Source of the DNA: Horticoccus luteus
Lineage (GTDB): Bacteria; Verrucomicrobiota; Verrucomicrobiia; Opitutales; Opitutaceae
NCBI RefSeq assembly: GCF_019464535.1
Contig: NZ_CP080507.1
Span: forward strand, 2,730,001 to 2,762,000
Length of the DNA stretch: 32,000 nt
Direction: 5' to 3'
In this document: positions 10,052 through 18,007 of the stretch, one piece after another
How the letters are laid out: the number at the start of each line of letters is the position of its first letter
How positions within the stretch are numbered: position 1 is the stretch's first letter
Notes under the pieces: generated by a model
What the model was told of the DNA's origin: nothing
The model's database searches: none
What the model saw: only the letters and a program-made list of their open reading frames with translations
Position numbers and translations under genes: made by a program

Positions 10052-11923
10052 ATGGCCTCGCCCGAGCTGCACTACCGTTGGACGTGGGAGCTCGCGGCCC
10101 CGCCCGCGGCGCTGTGGCCGCTCGTGTCGGACACCGATCGCTTCAACCGCGACTGCGGCCTTCCGCCCGTCGAGATCGTTCCGCCCGCCCCGGGCGAGAC
10201 GACCCGGCTCACCAACAGCCGCCGCCTGCGCCTCCGCATCGCCGGCGTGCCGGTCGAATGGGATGAACGCGCCTTCTCGTGGCTCGCGCCGCGCCGCTTC
10301 GGCGTGGAACGTGTTTACCGCCGCGGACCCATCGCGCGCATGCGCGTGCAATGCGAGTTGGAGCCGCGGCCTGACGGTGGCACCACGCTCACCTACGATG
10401 TCTCCGTCGACGCCGGCAGCTTGTTCGGCCAGATCTCGGCCTCCCTCGTCGTCGGGCAATTTTCCCAAGCCGCGTTCGGCCGCATTTTTCGCCGCTACGA
10501 CGAGTTCGCTCAACGCGGCCTCACCCTCGCGGCGCGTCACGCCAAACCACGCCTCGCGCGCGGCGGCGCCGCGCGCCTCACGGCCGGCAGCGCCCTCCTG
10601 GCGCGGATTTGCGCGGCCCCGCTCGTCCATCGCCTGACCGACTATATTCGCTCGGCCGAAGCCGCTTCTGCGGCGCGCATCCGCCCTTACGCCCTCGCGG
10701 ACAATTGGGGCGCCGATCGCCGCCGCACGCTCGAGCTTTGCCTGCACGCCACCCGCGCCGGCCTGCTGGATTTAAGTTGGGATGTCATTTGCCCGCATTG
10801 CCGCGGGGCCCGCCGCCGCGAACACGACCTCAGCCACATCGAACGCCGCGCGCACTGCGAGAGTTGCCAAGTCGATTTCGAGGCCAATTTCGATCGCTTC
10901 ATCGAACTCACCTTCGTGCCCAACCCCGCCATCCGCGTCGCCTCCCGCCCGGATTATTGCGTCGGCGGTCCGCAACTCACGCCGCACATTCTCGCGCAGG
11001 AATGGGTGCCGGCCGGCGCGACGAGTCATCTGCCGGTGTCGCTCACTCCCGGGCGTTATCGCGCGCGCAGTCGCGGCTCCTCCTATCAGCCGACGTTTCG
11101 CGTCGAAACCGGCGCGCCCGCCGTGCTCGATCTCGCGCTCGACGGCCATGATCTCGCCGACGAACCCGCCGTCGCACCCGAAGGCGAGTTGCGCCTTTTC
11201 AACGCCGACCCAGTCGCGCGATTGGTCGCCGTCGAGCATCTGGCGTGGACCAACGATGCGGCGACCGCCTCCGAGGTCACGGCGTTGCAGACGTTTCGCG
11301 ACCTCTTCTCGCGCGAGGTGCTGCGCGCGGACGAACAAATCTCCGTCAGCTCGATCACCCTCGTGTTCACCGACCTGAAGGACTCGACGCAACTCTACTC
11401 CACCATCGGCGACGCCCCGGCGTTTGGGCGCGTGCTCACACATTTCGAAGTTTTGCGCGCCATGGTCCGCGAGGAAGGCGGCGCCGTGGTGAAGACGATG
11501 GGCGATGCCGTGATGGCGGTCTTTCCGCGTCCGCTCCCCGCCCTGCGCGCGACGCTCGCGGCCCAGCAACGACTCGCGCGCCCCGATGCCTTTCCGCTGC
11601 CCGAAGGCGTGCCCGTGCCGCGCTTCGCCTTGCAACCGCTGGCCCTCAAAGCCGCGATCCACACGGGGCCGTGTCTGGTGCTCACGCAAAACGACCGCCT
11701 CGATTATTTCGGCACCACGGTCAATATCGGCGCCCGACTTTGCAGCATCTGCCAAGGCGCGGAAATCGTCATCTCCGAAGCCGTGGAAACCGACGCGGAG
11801 GTCGCGCGTTTCCTGCGCGAACACGCCGCCGTCGCCCGCACCGAGGTGCCCCTCCGCAGTTTTGGCGACCGCCCGTTCTCGATCGCCCGCGTCCAGCTTC
11901 GCAACGCCGAGTCGACCCCATAA
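10052..11923 (+). CDS. Multidomain class III adenylate/guanylate cyclase (N-terminal SRPBCC-like domain, central Cys4 zinc-ribbon-like region, C-terminal cyclase domain)
   Basis: The cyclase core reads ITLVFTDLKDSTQLYSTIGDAPAFGRVLTHFEVLRAMVREEGGAVVKTMGDAVMAVF...AAIHTGPCLV.....DYFGTTVNIGARL. The central motif is CPHCRG...HCESCQ. Confidence 0.8.
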   Translation: MASPELHYRWTWELAAPPAALWPLVSDTDRFNRDCGLPPVEIVPPAPGETTRLTNSRRLRLRIAGVPVEWDERAFSWLAPRRFGVERVYRRGPIARMRVQCELEPRPDGGTTLTYDVSVDAGSLFGQISASLVVGQFSQAAFGRIFRRYDEFAQRGLTLAARHAKPRLARGGAARLTAGSALLARICAAPLVHRLTDYIRSAEAASAARIRPYALADNWGADRRRTLELCLHATRAGLLDLSWDVICPHCRGARRREHDLSHIERRAHCESCQVDFEANFDRFIELTFVPNPAIRVASRPDYCVGGPQLTPHILAQEWVPAGATSHLPVSLTPGRYRARSRGSSYQPTFRVETGAPAVLDLALDGHDLADEPAVAPEGELRLFNADPVARLVAVEHLAWTNDAATASEVTALQTFRDLFSREVLRADEQISVSSITLVFTDLKDSTQLYSTIGDAPAFGRVLTHFEVLRAMVREEGGAVVKTMGDAVMAVFPRPLPALRATLAAQQRLARPDAFPLPEGVPVPRFALQPLALKAAIHTGPCLVLTQNDRLDYFGTTVNIGARLCSICQGAEIVISEAVETDAEVARFLREHAAVARTEVPLRSFGDRPFSIARVQLRNAESTP

Positions 11924-11955
11924 GTGCGACTACCCACGTCGATGGCGTGGTTAAC

Positions 11956-11977
11956 CCGCGGGACGCCGCCGGTTTTT
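11956..11977 (+). terminator. Weak candidate intrinsic terminator after the cyclase gene
   Basis: A short imperfect GC stem (gcgg/ccgc with loop gacg, plus two outer pairs with a bulge) is followed by TTTTT at 11973-11977. Confidence 0.35.
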
Positions 11978-12019
11978 AAGCGTGCGAATTTGGGCCACTG
12001 TGACTGAATTTTCTTCCCC

Positions 12020-13204
12020 ATGAACATCCACGAGTATCAGGCGAAAGCGCTCTTCGAGAAATTTGGCGTTCCGGTCCCCAAAGGCGCGCCGGCCAAAACC
12101 CCAGCGGAGATCGACGCCGCGCTCGCGCAGCTCCCCGAAGGCCCGACGATGGTGAAATCCCAAATCCACGCCGGCGGCCGCGGCAAAGGCACCTTTACCG
12201 ATGGATTCAAAGGCGGCGTCAAGTTCTGCAAAACGAAAGCCGACGCCAAAGAGCTCGCCGGCAAAATGCTCGGCAACACGCTCGTCACCGCCCAGACCGG
12301 TCCCACCGGGCGGAAGGTGCAGACCGTTTACTTCACCGTCGCGAGCGACATCAAAAAAGAATACTACCTCGCCATCCTGCTCGACCGCGCCACGTCGCGC
12401 CCCGTGATCGTCGCCTCCACCGAAGGCGGCGTGGAAATTGAAAAAGTCGCGCACGAAACGCCGGAGAAAATCACGAAGGTCTTCGTCGATCCCGGCTACG
12501 GTCTCGCCGATTTCCAGGTGCGTGAACTCACCAGCCAGCTCGGCCTCGCCGGCGTCGAGGCGAAAAACGCCGCCAAACTGATCCGCGCGTTGTTCAAATG
12601 CTTTTGGGAAACCGACGCCGCGATGGTTGAAGTCAACCCGCTGATCACCACCCCGACCGGCGAAGTCCTCGCCCTCGACGCCAAAGTTTCCTTCGACGAC
12701 AACGCACTCTTCCGCCACCCGGAAATCGTCGCGCTGCGCGATCTCAACGAAGAAGATCCCAAGGAAATCGAAGCCTCGAAATTCGCGCTCAGTTACATCG
12801 CGCTCGACGGCAACATCGCCTGTCTCGTCAACGGCGCCGGGCTCGCCATGAGCACGATGGACATCATCAAACACTTCGGCGGCACCCCCGCCAACTTCCT
12901 CGACGTCGGCGGCGGCGCTTCGAAGGAGCAAGTCGGCGCGGCGTTTAAAATCATTCTCGGCGACCCCAACGTGAAGGGCATCCTCGTTAACATTTTTGGC
13001 GGCATCATGGACTGCAACGTGATCGCCCAAGGCATCGTCGAAGCCGTCAAGGAAGTCGGCCTCACCCTGCCGCTCGTCGTCCGGCTCGAAGGCAACAACG
13101 TCGCCGCCGGCAAGGCCACGCTCGCCGCCTCCGGCCTCTCTCTCGTCTCGGGCGACACGATGTCCGACGCCGCCCAAAAGATCGTCAAACTCGTGGCCGC
13201 CTGA
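12020..13204 (+). CDS. sucC: Succinyl-CoA synthetase (ADP-forming) beta subunit
   Basis: [22 protein letters not shown]..., ...[13 protein letters not shown]..., ...[29 protein letters not shown]... Confidence 0.97.
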   Translation: MNIHEYQAKALFEKFGVPVPKGAPAKTPAEIDAALAQLPEGPTMVKSQIHAGGRGKGTFTDGFKGGVKFCKTKADAKELAGKMLGNTLVTAQTGPTGRKVQTVYFTVASDIKKEYYLAILLDRATSRPVIVASTEGGVEIEKVAHETPEKITKVFVDPGYGLADFQVRELTSQLGLAGVEAKNAAKLIRALFKCFWETDAAMVEVNPLITTPTGEVLALDAKVSFDDNALFRHPEIVALRDLNEEDPKEIEASKFALSYIALDGNIACLVNGAGLAMSTMDIIKHFGGTPANFLDVGGGASKEQVGAAFKIILGDPNVKGILVNIFGGIMDCNVIAQGIVEAVKEVGLTLPLVVRLEGNNVAAGKATLAASGLSLVSGDTMSDAAQKIVKLVAA

Positions 13205-13251
13205 GGCCCGTCCGCACGATCGTTACACGAACAACCTGATCGCATACTCCG

Positions 13252-14175
13252 ATGGCCATTCTCATCACTCCTGAAACCAAGATTCTCATCCAGGGCATCA
13301 CCGGCGAATTTGGCGCGCGGCACACGAAGCTCTCCCTCGATTACGGCACGAAAGTCGTCGCCGGCGTCACGCCCGGCAAAGGCGGCCAGTTCTTCGAACA
13401 CAACGGTGCCAAAGTCCCCATCTTCAATTCCGTCGCCGAAGCCGCGAAAGCCACCGGTGCCACCGTCTCCGCCATTTTCGTCCCGCCGCCATTTGCCGCC
13501 GACGCCATTCTCGAGTGCGCCGATGCCGATCTCGATCTCGCTGTCGCCATCACCGAAGGCATTCCGGTGCGCGATATGGTGCGGGTGAAACGTGCGATGC
13601 AAGGCCGCCGCACGCGTCTCATCGGCCCGAATTGCCCCGGCGTCGTCACGCCCGGCACCGGCGAAAATTCCCACGGCGGCTGCCGCATCGGTATCGCACC
13701 CGGGTATATTCACAAAAAGGGTCATGTGGGCGTCGTGTCGCGCTCCGGCACTCTCACCTACGAAGCCGTCTTCCAACTCACTTCGAAAAACATCGGTCAA
13801 ACCACGTGCGTTGGCATCGGGGGCGACCCGGTTAATGGCACCTCGCATCTCGATGTGATCAAGATGTTCAACGACGATCCCGATACCCACGGCATCATTA
13901 TGATCGGTGAAATCGGCGGCAACGCCGAGGCCGAAGCTGCCCGCTGGATCAAGGCAAACTGCCGAAAACCCGTCGCTGGCTTCATCGCCGGAGCCACCGC
14001 CCCCGCCGGCCGACGCATGGGCCACGCCGGCGCGATCGTCGGAGGTGCAGAGGACACCGCCGCAGCGAAAATCGCGGTTTTCAAAGAGTGCGGTATCGAG
14101 GTCGCGGCGACGCCGAGCGATATGGCCGACGCCTTGCTCCGGGCCGCCCGCGCCAAAGGTGTCACGCTGACCTGA
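13252..14175 (+). CDS. sucD: Succinyl-CoA synthetase alpha subunit
   Basis: ...[13 protein letters not shown]......[14 protein letters not shown]..., the RLIGPNCPG motif, [10 protein letters not shown], and the catalytic His region MGHAGAI. Confidence 0.97.
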   Translation: MAILITPETKILIQGITGEFGARHTKLSLDYGTKVVAGVTPGKGGQFFEHNGAKVPIFNSVAEAAKATGATVSAIFVPPPFAADAILECADADLDLAVAITEGIPVRDMVRVKRAMQGRRTRLIGPNCPGVVTPGTGENSHGGCRIGIAPGYIHKKGHVGVVSRSGTLTYEAVFQLTSKNIGQTTCVGIGGDPVNGTSHLDVIKMFNDDPDTHGIIMIGEIGGNAEAEAARWIKANCRKPVAGFIAGATAPAGRRMGHAGAIVGGAEDTAAAKIAVFKECGIEVAATPSDMADALLRAARAKGVTLT

Positions 14176-14202
14176 GCGCGCCCGCCACTCGGGATTTCGA
14201 TC

Positions 14203-14232
14203 GCGGTTCGGCTCGCCGGGCCGCTTTTTTTT
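14203..14232 (+). terminator. Rho-independent terminator of the sucCD operon
   Basis: gcggttcgg-ctcg-ccgggccgc forms a 9-bp stem (two G-U pairs) with a 4-nt loop, followed immediately by T8 (14225-14232). Confidence 0.75.
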
Positions 14233-14367
14233 GCCCGTCCACGTCGGGCTTTATCTCCGCCATCATGGGGTTCCGCAAAATTTGCTGCGGCGGAGCCAAC
14301 GGGAATGTCGGGAACTGGTCGGGATGAGGTGGGTCTCGCCTGCCCTCATTTCATCCCATTTACCACT

Positions 14368-15765
14368 ATGAATTGCGCCTCCCGCATCCTCGCCGCCTGT
14401 GCGGCTCTCCTATTCGCATCCCATGCACTCGCCCTCGATGTCTACTACGACGGCGCTTCGCATGCGCAGACCTTGGTCTGGACGGCACCTGACGAATACA
14501 CCTACATGGCCCAGCCCATCAAGACCGGCCCCGGCGCCTCCGCTACGGTGACGCAAATGACGCTCCAGCTCGCCGCCGTGAGTCAATCACCCGCATCGCA
14601 GCCCGCTCTGTATGTTTTCAGCGAAAGCGGCGGCCATCCGGGTTCATTGCTCGCCACCTTCAACGCCACCGGGGCCGCTGTGCACGGATTGAATACCTTT
14701 ACCGGTTCCGTGACGCTCGCTCCGTCCACCGTTTACTTTGTCGTCTTCTATACGTCGGCCGGGCAGGCTGTCGTCAGTTATACGAGCACGGCCGACGGTC
14801 CTTGGCACGACCAAGCCGACTTCCCCAACGGCGCGCAGTTCAGCACTTACACCGGCTCGCCGTCGCAGCTCAATCAGGCGGCGTGGGTCGACGCGAAGAC
14901 GCTTCCCAACGGTTCGTATGATATCATGCGCCTGAGCATCAGCGGCACCACCGGGCAGGCTGGTCCGGACAGCACGCTCTCCAACCTTTCCGTGCGCATC
15001 GGCGCAGGCTCCGGGTCGCAAACGGTCATCATCGGCTTTGTCACTGCCAACGGCAGTAAAAACCTCCTCGTCCGCGCCCTCGGGCCTACGCTGACCAGCC
15101 TCGGCGTGCCCGGCGCGCTCGCTGACCCGCAACTCGCAGTGTATGACGGCACCACCATTGTCGCTTCCAACGACAACTGGGGCGGCACCACCACCCTGAA
15201 GAACGCGTTCACCACGCTCGGCGCCTACCCGCTGCCCGATGCCAGCAAGGATTCCGCCGCTCTCACCCTGCTGCCCGCGAAGCCCTACACCGTGCAACTC
15301 ACCGGCGGCAGTGGCATCGTCCTCGGCGAAATCTACGACGCCGACGCCGCCGTGACGACGCCGCCCAGCCCCGCCGGGCGCCTCAGTAATCTCTCCGCCC
15401 GAGCGCAAGTCGGCACCGGTAACAATATCCTCATCGCGGGCTTCGTGATCAATGGCAGCTCCCCCAAGCGCCTGCTCCTCCGCGGCGTCGGCCCCAAACT
15501 GGCCACCTACGGCGTCACCGGCACGCTCGCCAATCCGCAACTCCAAGTGTATTCCGGCAGCACCCTCGTCACCGAAAACAACGATTGGGATGGTTCCACG
15601 ACGCTGACCGATGCGTTCACCACCACCGGCGCGTTTCCGCTCGACGCCGGTAGCAAAGACGCCGCGATCATCGTCACCCTCGACCCCGGCGTTTACACCG
15701 TCCAAGTCTCGGGCGTGAACAACTCCACCGGCGTGGGTCTGGTTGAAATCTACGAAATGCCGTAA
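14368..15765 (+). CDS. Secreted protein: unknown N-terminal domain plus two tandem copies of the same roughly 120-aa domain seen in 1..806
   Basis: The ATG at 14368 gives the signal peptide MNCASRILAACAALLFASHALA. The C-terminal half has two repeats, SNLSVRIGAGSGSQTVIIGFV...LVRALGPTL..LGVPGALADPQL.VY...NDNWGG...LGAYPL...SKDSAA... and SNLSARAQVGTGNNILIAGFV...LLRGVGPKLATYGVTGTLANPQLQVY...NNDWDG...GAFPLDAGSKDAA...VGLVEIYEMP. Confidence 0.65.
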   Translation: MNCASRILAACAALLFASHALALDVYYDGASHAQTLVWTAPDEYTYMAQPIKTGPGASATVTQMTLQLAAVSQSPASQPALYVFSESGGHPGSLLATFNATGAAVHGLNTFTGSVTLAPSTVYFVVFYTSAGQAVVSYTSTADGPWHDQADFPNGAQFSTYTGSPSQLNQAAWVDAKTLPNGSYDIMRLSISGTTGQAGPDSTLSNLSVRIGAGSGSQTVIIGFVTANGSKNLLVRALGPTLTSLGVPGALADPQLAVYDGTTIVASNDNWGGTTTLKNAFTTLGAYPLPDASKDSAALTLLPAKPYTVQLTGGSGIVLGEIYDADAAVTTPPSPAGRLSNLSARAQVGTGNNILIAGFVINGSSPKRLLLRGVGPKLATYGVTGTLANPQLQVYSGSTLVTENNDWDGSTTLTDAFTTTGAFPLDAGSKDAAIIVTLDPGVYTVQVSGVNNSTGVGLVEIYEMP

Positions 15766-15778
15766 CAATGTCGTCGCC

Positions 15779-15812
15779 CAGTCGGACAGGTCCGCGCCGA
15801 TCCGTCCGACTG
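15779..15812 (+). other. Perfect 9-bp GC-rich hairpin 14 nt after the stop codon. It may be a U-tract-less terminator or RNA-stability element.
   Basis: cagtcggac (15779-15787) pairs with gtccgactg (15804-15812). No T-run follows on the + strand. Confidence 0.35.
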
Positions 15813-15822
15813 CGGTTATGAC

Positions 15823-15873
15823 AAAAAAAATTCTGGACGCGTCGGGCACCCGTGTCATGTTGCCCGACGCATC
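15823..15873 (-). terminator. Candidate rho-independent terminator that reads correctly only on the minus strand
   Basis: On the minus strand gatgcgtcgggca / tgcccgacgcgtc forms 13 contiguous pairs including one G-U, which is a C-A mismatch on the plus strand. It is followed by cagaa and then T8 (complement of A8 at 15823-15830). Confidence 0.45.
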
Positions 15874-16034
15874 AGGAACGAGTCGGTCCTCAAAAGCCGA
15901 TTCTGCCAACCGGGCCGGGAGCGGCCACGGTGGATCGAGCGAAAGCTCGGATGTGCGGGACCCGCAAGGGGCTCGAACCAAAACGCTCCCGAAGACGAAC
16001 GCCGACCTGATGCTTTAGGTCGGCTTTTTGTTTT
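15874..16034 (+). ncRNA. Candidate structured noncoding RNA or 5' leader of unknown class; strand is tentative
   Basis: A closing helix of cgggagcg (15916-15923) with cgctcccg (15984-15991) encloses a 5-bp hairpin capped by a GAAA tetraloop (15935-15950, extended by a + strand-only U-G pair) and a second hairpin (15954-15966). It ends in a canonical + strand terminator. No ORF here has the GC3 typical of this window. Confidence 0.3.
16001..16034 (+). terminator. Rho-independent terminator (+ strand) 39 nt upstream of the 16073 ORF
   Basis: gccgacct (16001-16008) pairs with aggtcggc (16017-16024) in an 8-bp stem with an 8-nt loop, followed by TTTTTGTTTT. Confidence 0.7.
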
Positions 16035-16072
16035 CCAGCTTCTGATGCGCCCACCCTCGATCGTCACGCATC

Positions 16073-16333
16073 ATGTCAAAAGTCACCGTCCTCCCCTCCG
16101 CCCGTCGCACCAACGGGAATGAGAACCACCACTTGTGGAACAACAACGGCACGTGGTTCCTGCATTACACCACCTATCCCACGCCGTTCACCAAAGAACG
16201 CGTTCGCCGCTCGCTTGGGACCAAGGATCTCATGGAAGCCCGCCTCCGTCGCGACGCGTTTTTCTCGCATCTTGGCAACGAGGGTGCGGCCCCGGCCGCC
16301 CAACCCGCGGCGGCCAAATTCGCCGTCGCTTGA
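16073..16333 (+). CDS. Small (86-aa) protein resembling the N-terminal arm/DNA-binding segment of tyrosine integrases; possibly a gene remnant
   Basis: It has high GC3. The motif NGTWFLHYT....(10)..RVRRSLGTKDLMEARLRRD resembles the common integrase N-terminus (G.WW..F...G.R.R.SLGT.D...A). No catalytic domain follows. Confidence 0.45.
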   Translation: MSKVTVLPSARRTNGNENHHLWNNNGTWFLHYTTYPTPFTKERVRRSLGTKDLMEARLRRDAFFSHLGNEGAAPAAQPAAAKFAVA

Positions 16334-16371
16334 GCGCCCCGCTGCAACTCATCCGCTTCAGCAGCGCGAAC

Positions 16372-16617
16372 GTGGCGACGCCCGCCGCCGTCGCGGCGAC
16401 GTCGCGCGCGCTGCTGGATGTGCATGTCGGTTCCGGCAGCGCCCCGGCCGGGCAGGTCGTTTTCTTCGAAAGCCCGGCGGGCCAGCCCTCGTGGCGCTAT
16501 GTCCTTCCTGACGGTCAACCGTCCGGGCTCGCGAGCGAGATTTCGCGCGTCGATCTCGAAACCCGGATCATGGAGCACTACTTCACGAATCTTCTCCCGC
16601 ATCCGCGCAGTGCCTGA
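16372..16617 (+). CDS. Hypothetical small protein or gene fragment; start uncertain (GTG 16372, or CTG 16342)
   Basis: This frame is open from 16135, but the stretch overlapping the upstream gene reads like shadow sequence and coding-like sequence resumes after its stop. GC3 is about 80% by hand count, the sequence is not low-complexity (VVFFESPAGQPSWRYVLPDGQPSGLASEISRVDLETRIMEHYF), and a strong terminator follows directly. I recognise no family. Confidence 0.35.
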   Translation: MATPAAVAATSRALLDVHVGSGSAPAGQVVFFESPAGQPSWRYVLPDGQPSGLASEISRVDLETRIMEHYFTNLLPHPRSA

Positions 16618-16645
16618 GTGGCGCGGGCCCGGCTCTTCTTTACAC

Positions 16646-16673
16646 GCCGCGCTTTCCGCGCGGCTTTTTTTTT
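16646..16673 (+). terminator. Strong rho-independent terminator
   Basis: gccgcgc-tttcc-gcgcggc forms a 7-bp GC stem followed by T9 (16665-16673). Confidence 0.8.
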
Positions 16674-16690
16674 GCACAGTAGCGGCCCGC

Positions 16691-18007
16691 ATGCCGAAAA
16701 CCCCGCTCACCCTGGCCGCCATCGGCTGTGGCTCCCGCGCGCAAATTTACGCCTCCCTCGCCGCCCGGCGCCCCGATCTCTTCCGCGTCGTCGCCGCCGC
16801 CGATCCCAATCCTGCACGCGTCGAGCGCCTGCGCGCGCTCTCCGGCAACGCCGCCTTTCGCGGCTTTCCCAACGACACCGCCCTGCTCTCCGCCGGCCGC
16901 CTTGCGGACGTGATGATCATCGCCACGCAGGACAACTTCCACGTCGCCCCCTGCCTCGCCGCGCTGCGCGCCGGCTACGACGTGCTGCTGGAAAAACCTG
17001 TCGCCACGCGCTTCCGCGACGTCCTTGAGGTTAATGCCGCCGCCGTCGCCCTCGGCCGTCGCGTCCTCATCTGCCACGTCCTGCGCTACACGCCTTTTTA
17101 TACGACGATCAAGCGACTCCTCGCCACCGGCGTCCTCGGCGAAGTCGCGACAATCGACGCCATCGAAGGCGTGGAAATGTTTCACATGGCCCACTCCTTC
17201 GTCCGCGGCCATTGGGCGGTCACGGCCGAATCGAGTCCCATGATCATCGCGAAATCCTGCCACGATATGGACATCATTTCGTGGCTCGCCGACGCCCCTT
17301 GCGAAGCCGTTTCCAGCTTCGGTTCGCTCTCTTATTTCAACGCGCAACACGCTCCTGCGGGCGCTCCCGCTCGCTGCACTGACGGCTGCCCCGTCGCCGC
17401 CGATTGTCTTTACGATGCTCATCGCTATCTCGGACCCCAGCGCCCTTGGCTCCAATGGATCTGCGATCGCCATGATACCGCCACCGACAGCGAGCTCACC
17501 GCGTGGCTCGCCCACAGCCCGTGGAGCCGCTGTGTCTATCGCTGCGACAACACCGCCGTCGACCGCCAGACGGTCAACCTCACCTTCGCCAATCGCATCG
17601 TCGCCACGTTCACGATGACGGCGTTCAGTCGCGGCCGCGAGATCTCCATCCGCGGCACCCGCGGTGTCCTTTATGCGGGCGACGCCGTGCGCCGTCACAC
17701 CGGCGCGGATATCATCGTCGAACACCACCTCACCGGCACGACCGAGCGCATCAACATCGAAGAACCCACCGGTGGCTACTCCGGTCATTTCGGCGGCGAC
17801 GCCGGATTGATTGATGCCCTCCCCGGCGAGTGGCGGCAACCCGATCCCGCGAGCATGCGCTCCTCGCTGCAACGCTCCGTCGAGAGCCACGCCATGGGCT
17901 TCGCGGCCGAAGAATCCCGCCTCACGGGAAAGACTGTGATGCTCGACGAATTCCGCGCCCGCCATCAGTCCAGCGAGGCCGAAGCGTCACCGCTGCCCGG
18001 CCGCTGA
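16691..18007 (+). CDS. Gfo/Idh/MocA-family NAD(P)-dependent oxidoreductase
   Basis: The ATG at 16691 gives MPKTPLTLAAIGCGSRAQIY (Rossmann GxGxxA). It also has ...DVMIIATQDNFHVAPCLAALRAGYDVLLEKPVA (EKP motif) and ...ICHVLRYTPFY... The listed ORF from 16418 is a 5' extension across the terminator. Confidence 0.85.
   Translation: MPKTPLTLAAIGCGSRAQIYASLAARRPDLFRVVAAADPNPARVERLRALSGNAAFRGFPNDTALLSAGRLADVMIIATQDNFHVAPCLAALRAGYDVLLEKPVATRFRDVLEVNAAAVALGRRVLICHVLRYTPFYTTIKRLLATGVLGEVATIDAIEGVEMFHMAHSFVRGHWAVTAESSPMIIAKSCHDMDIISWLADAPCEAVSSFGSLSYFNAQHAPAGAPARCTDGCPVAADCLYDAHRYLGPQRPWLQWICDRHDTATDSELTAWLAHSPWSRCVYRCDNTAVDRQTVNLTFANRIVATFTMTAFSRGREISIRGTRGVLYAGDAVRRHTGADIIVEHHLTGTTERINIEEPTGGYSGHFGGDAGLIDALPGEWRQPDPASMRSSLQRSVESHAMGFAAEESRLTGKTVMLDEFRARHQSSEAEASPLPGR

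Noticed and set aside
8225-14025. Long minus-strand ORFs 8225..9247, 9157..10053, 10772..11824, 11951..13177 and 12793..14025
   Set aside because: Each is the antisense shadow of an unambiguous + strand gene (hprK, rph, cyclase, sucC, sucD). All are Gly/Ala/Asp/Arg-rich with no motifs.
15968-15982. tRNA-like T-loop (GGTTCGAGCCC on the minus strand) next to the integrase-like fragment
   Set aside because: The flanking bases cannot form a 5-bp T-stem (tttgg versus ccctt gives only 2 pairs). I could not build an acceptor stem, CCA end or anticodon arm on either strand.
15880-15991. Resemblance to guanidine-I (ykkC) or c-di-GMP-I riboswitch fragments (GGUCC...AAAAGCC...CGGGAG; GGGAC.CGCAA.GG)
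   Set aside because: Only short fragments match. The key conserved blocks as I recall them (GGUCCGAGAG, ACGCACAGGGCAAACC) are absent, and the downstream gene is not of a type regulated by those classes. I keep it only as an unclassified structured RNA candidate.
15818-16018. 66-aa ORF (MTKKILDASGTRVMLPDASGTSRSS...) ending inside the terminator hairpin
   Set aside because: GC3 is about 66% by hand count, against roughly 80-90% in confident genes here. The sequence is low-complexity, Ser/Gly-rich and hydrophilic. It cannot be fully excluded as a small protein.
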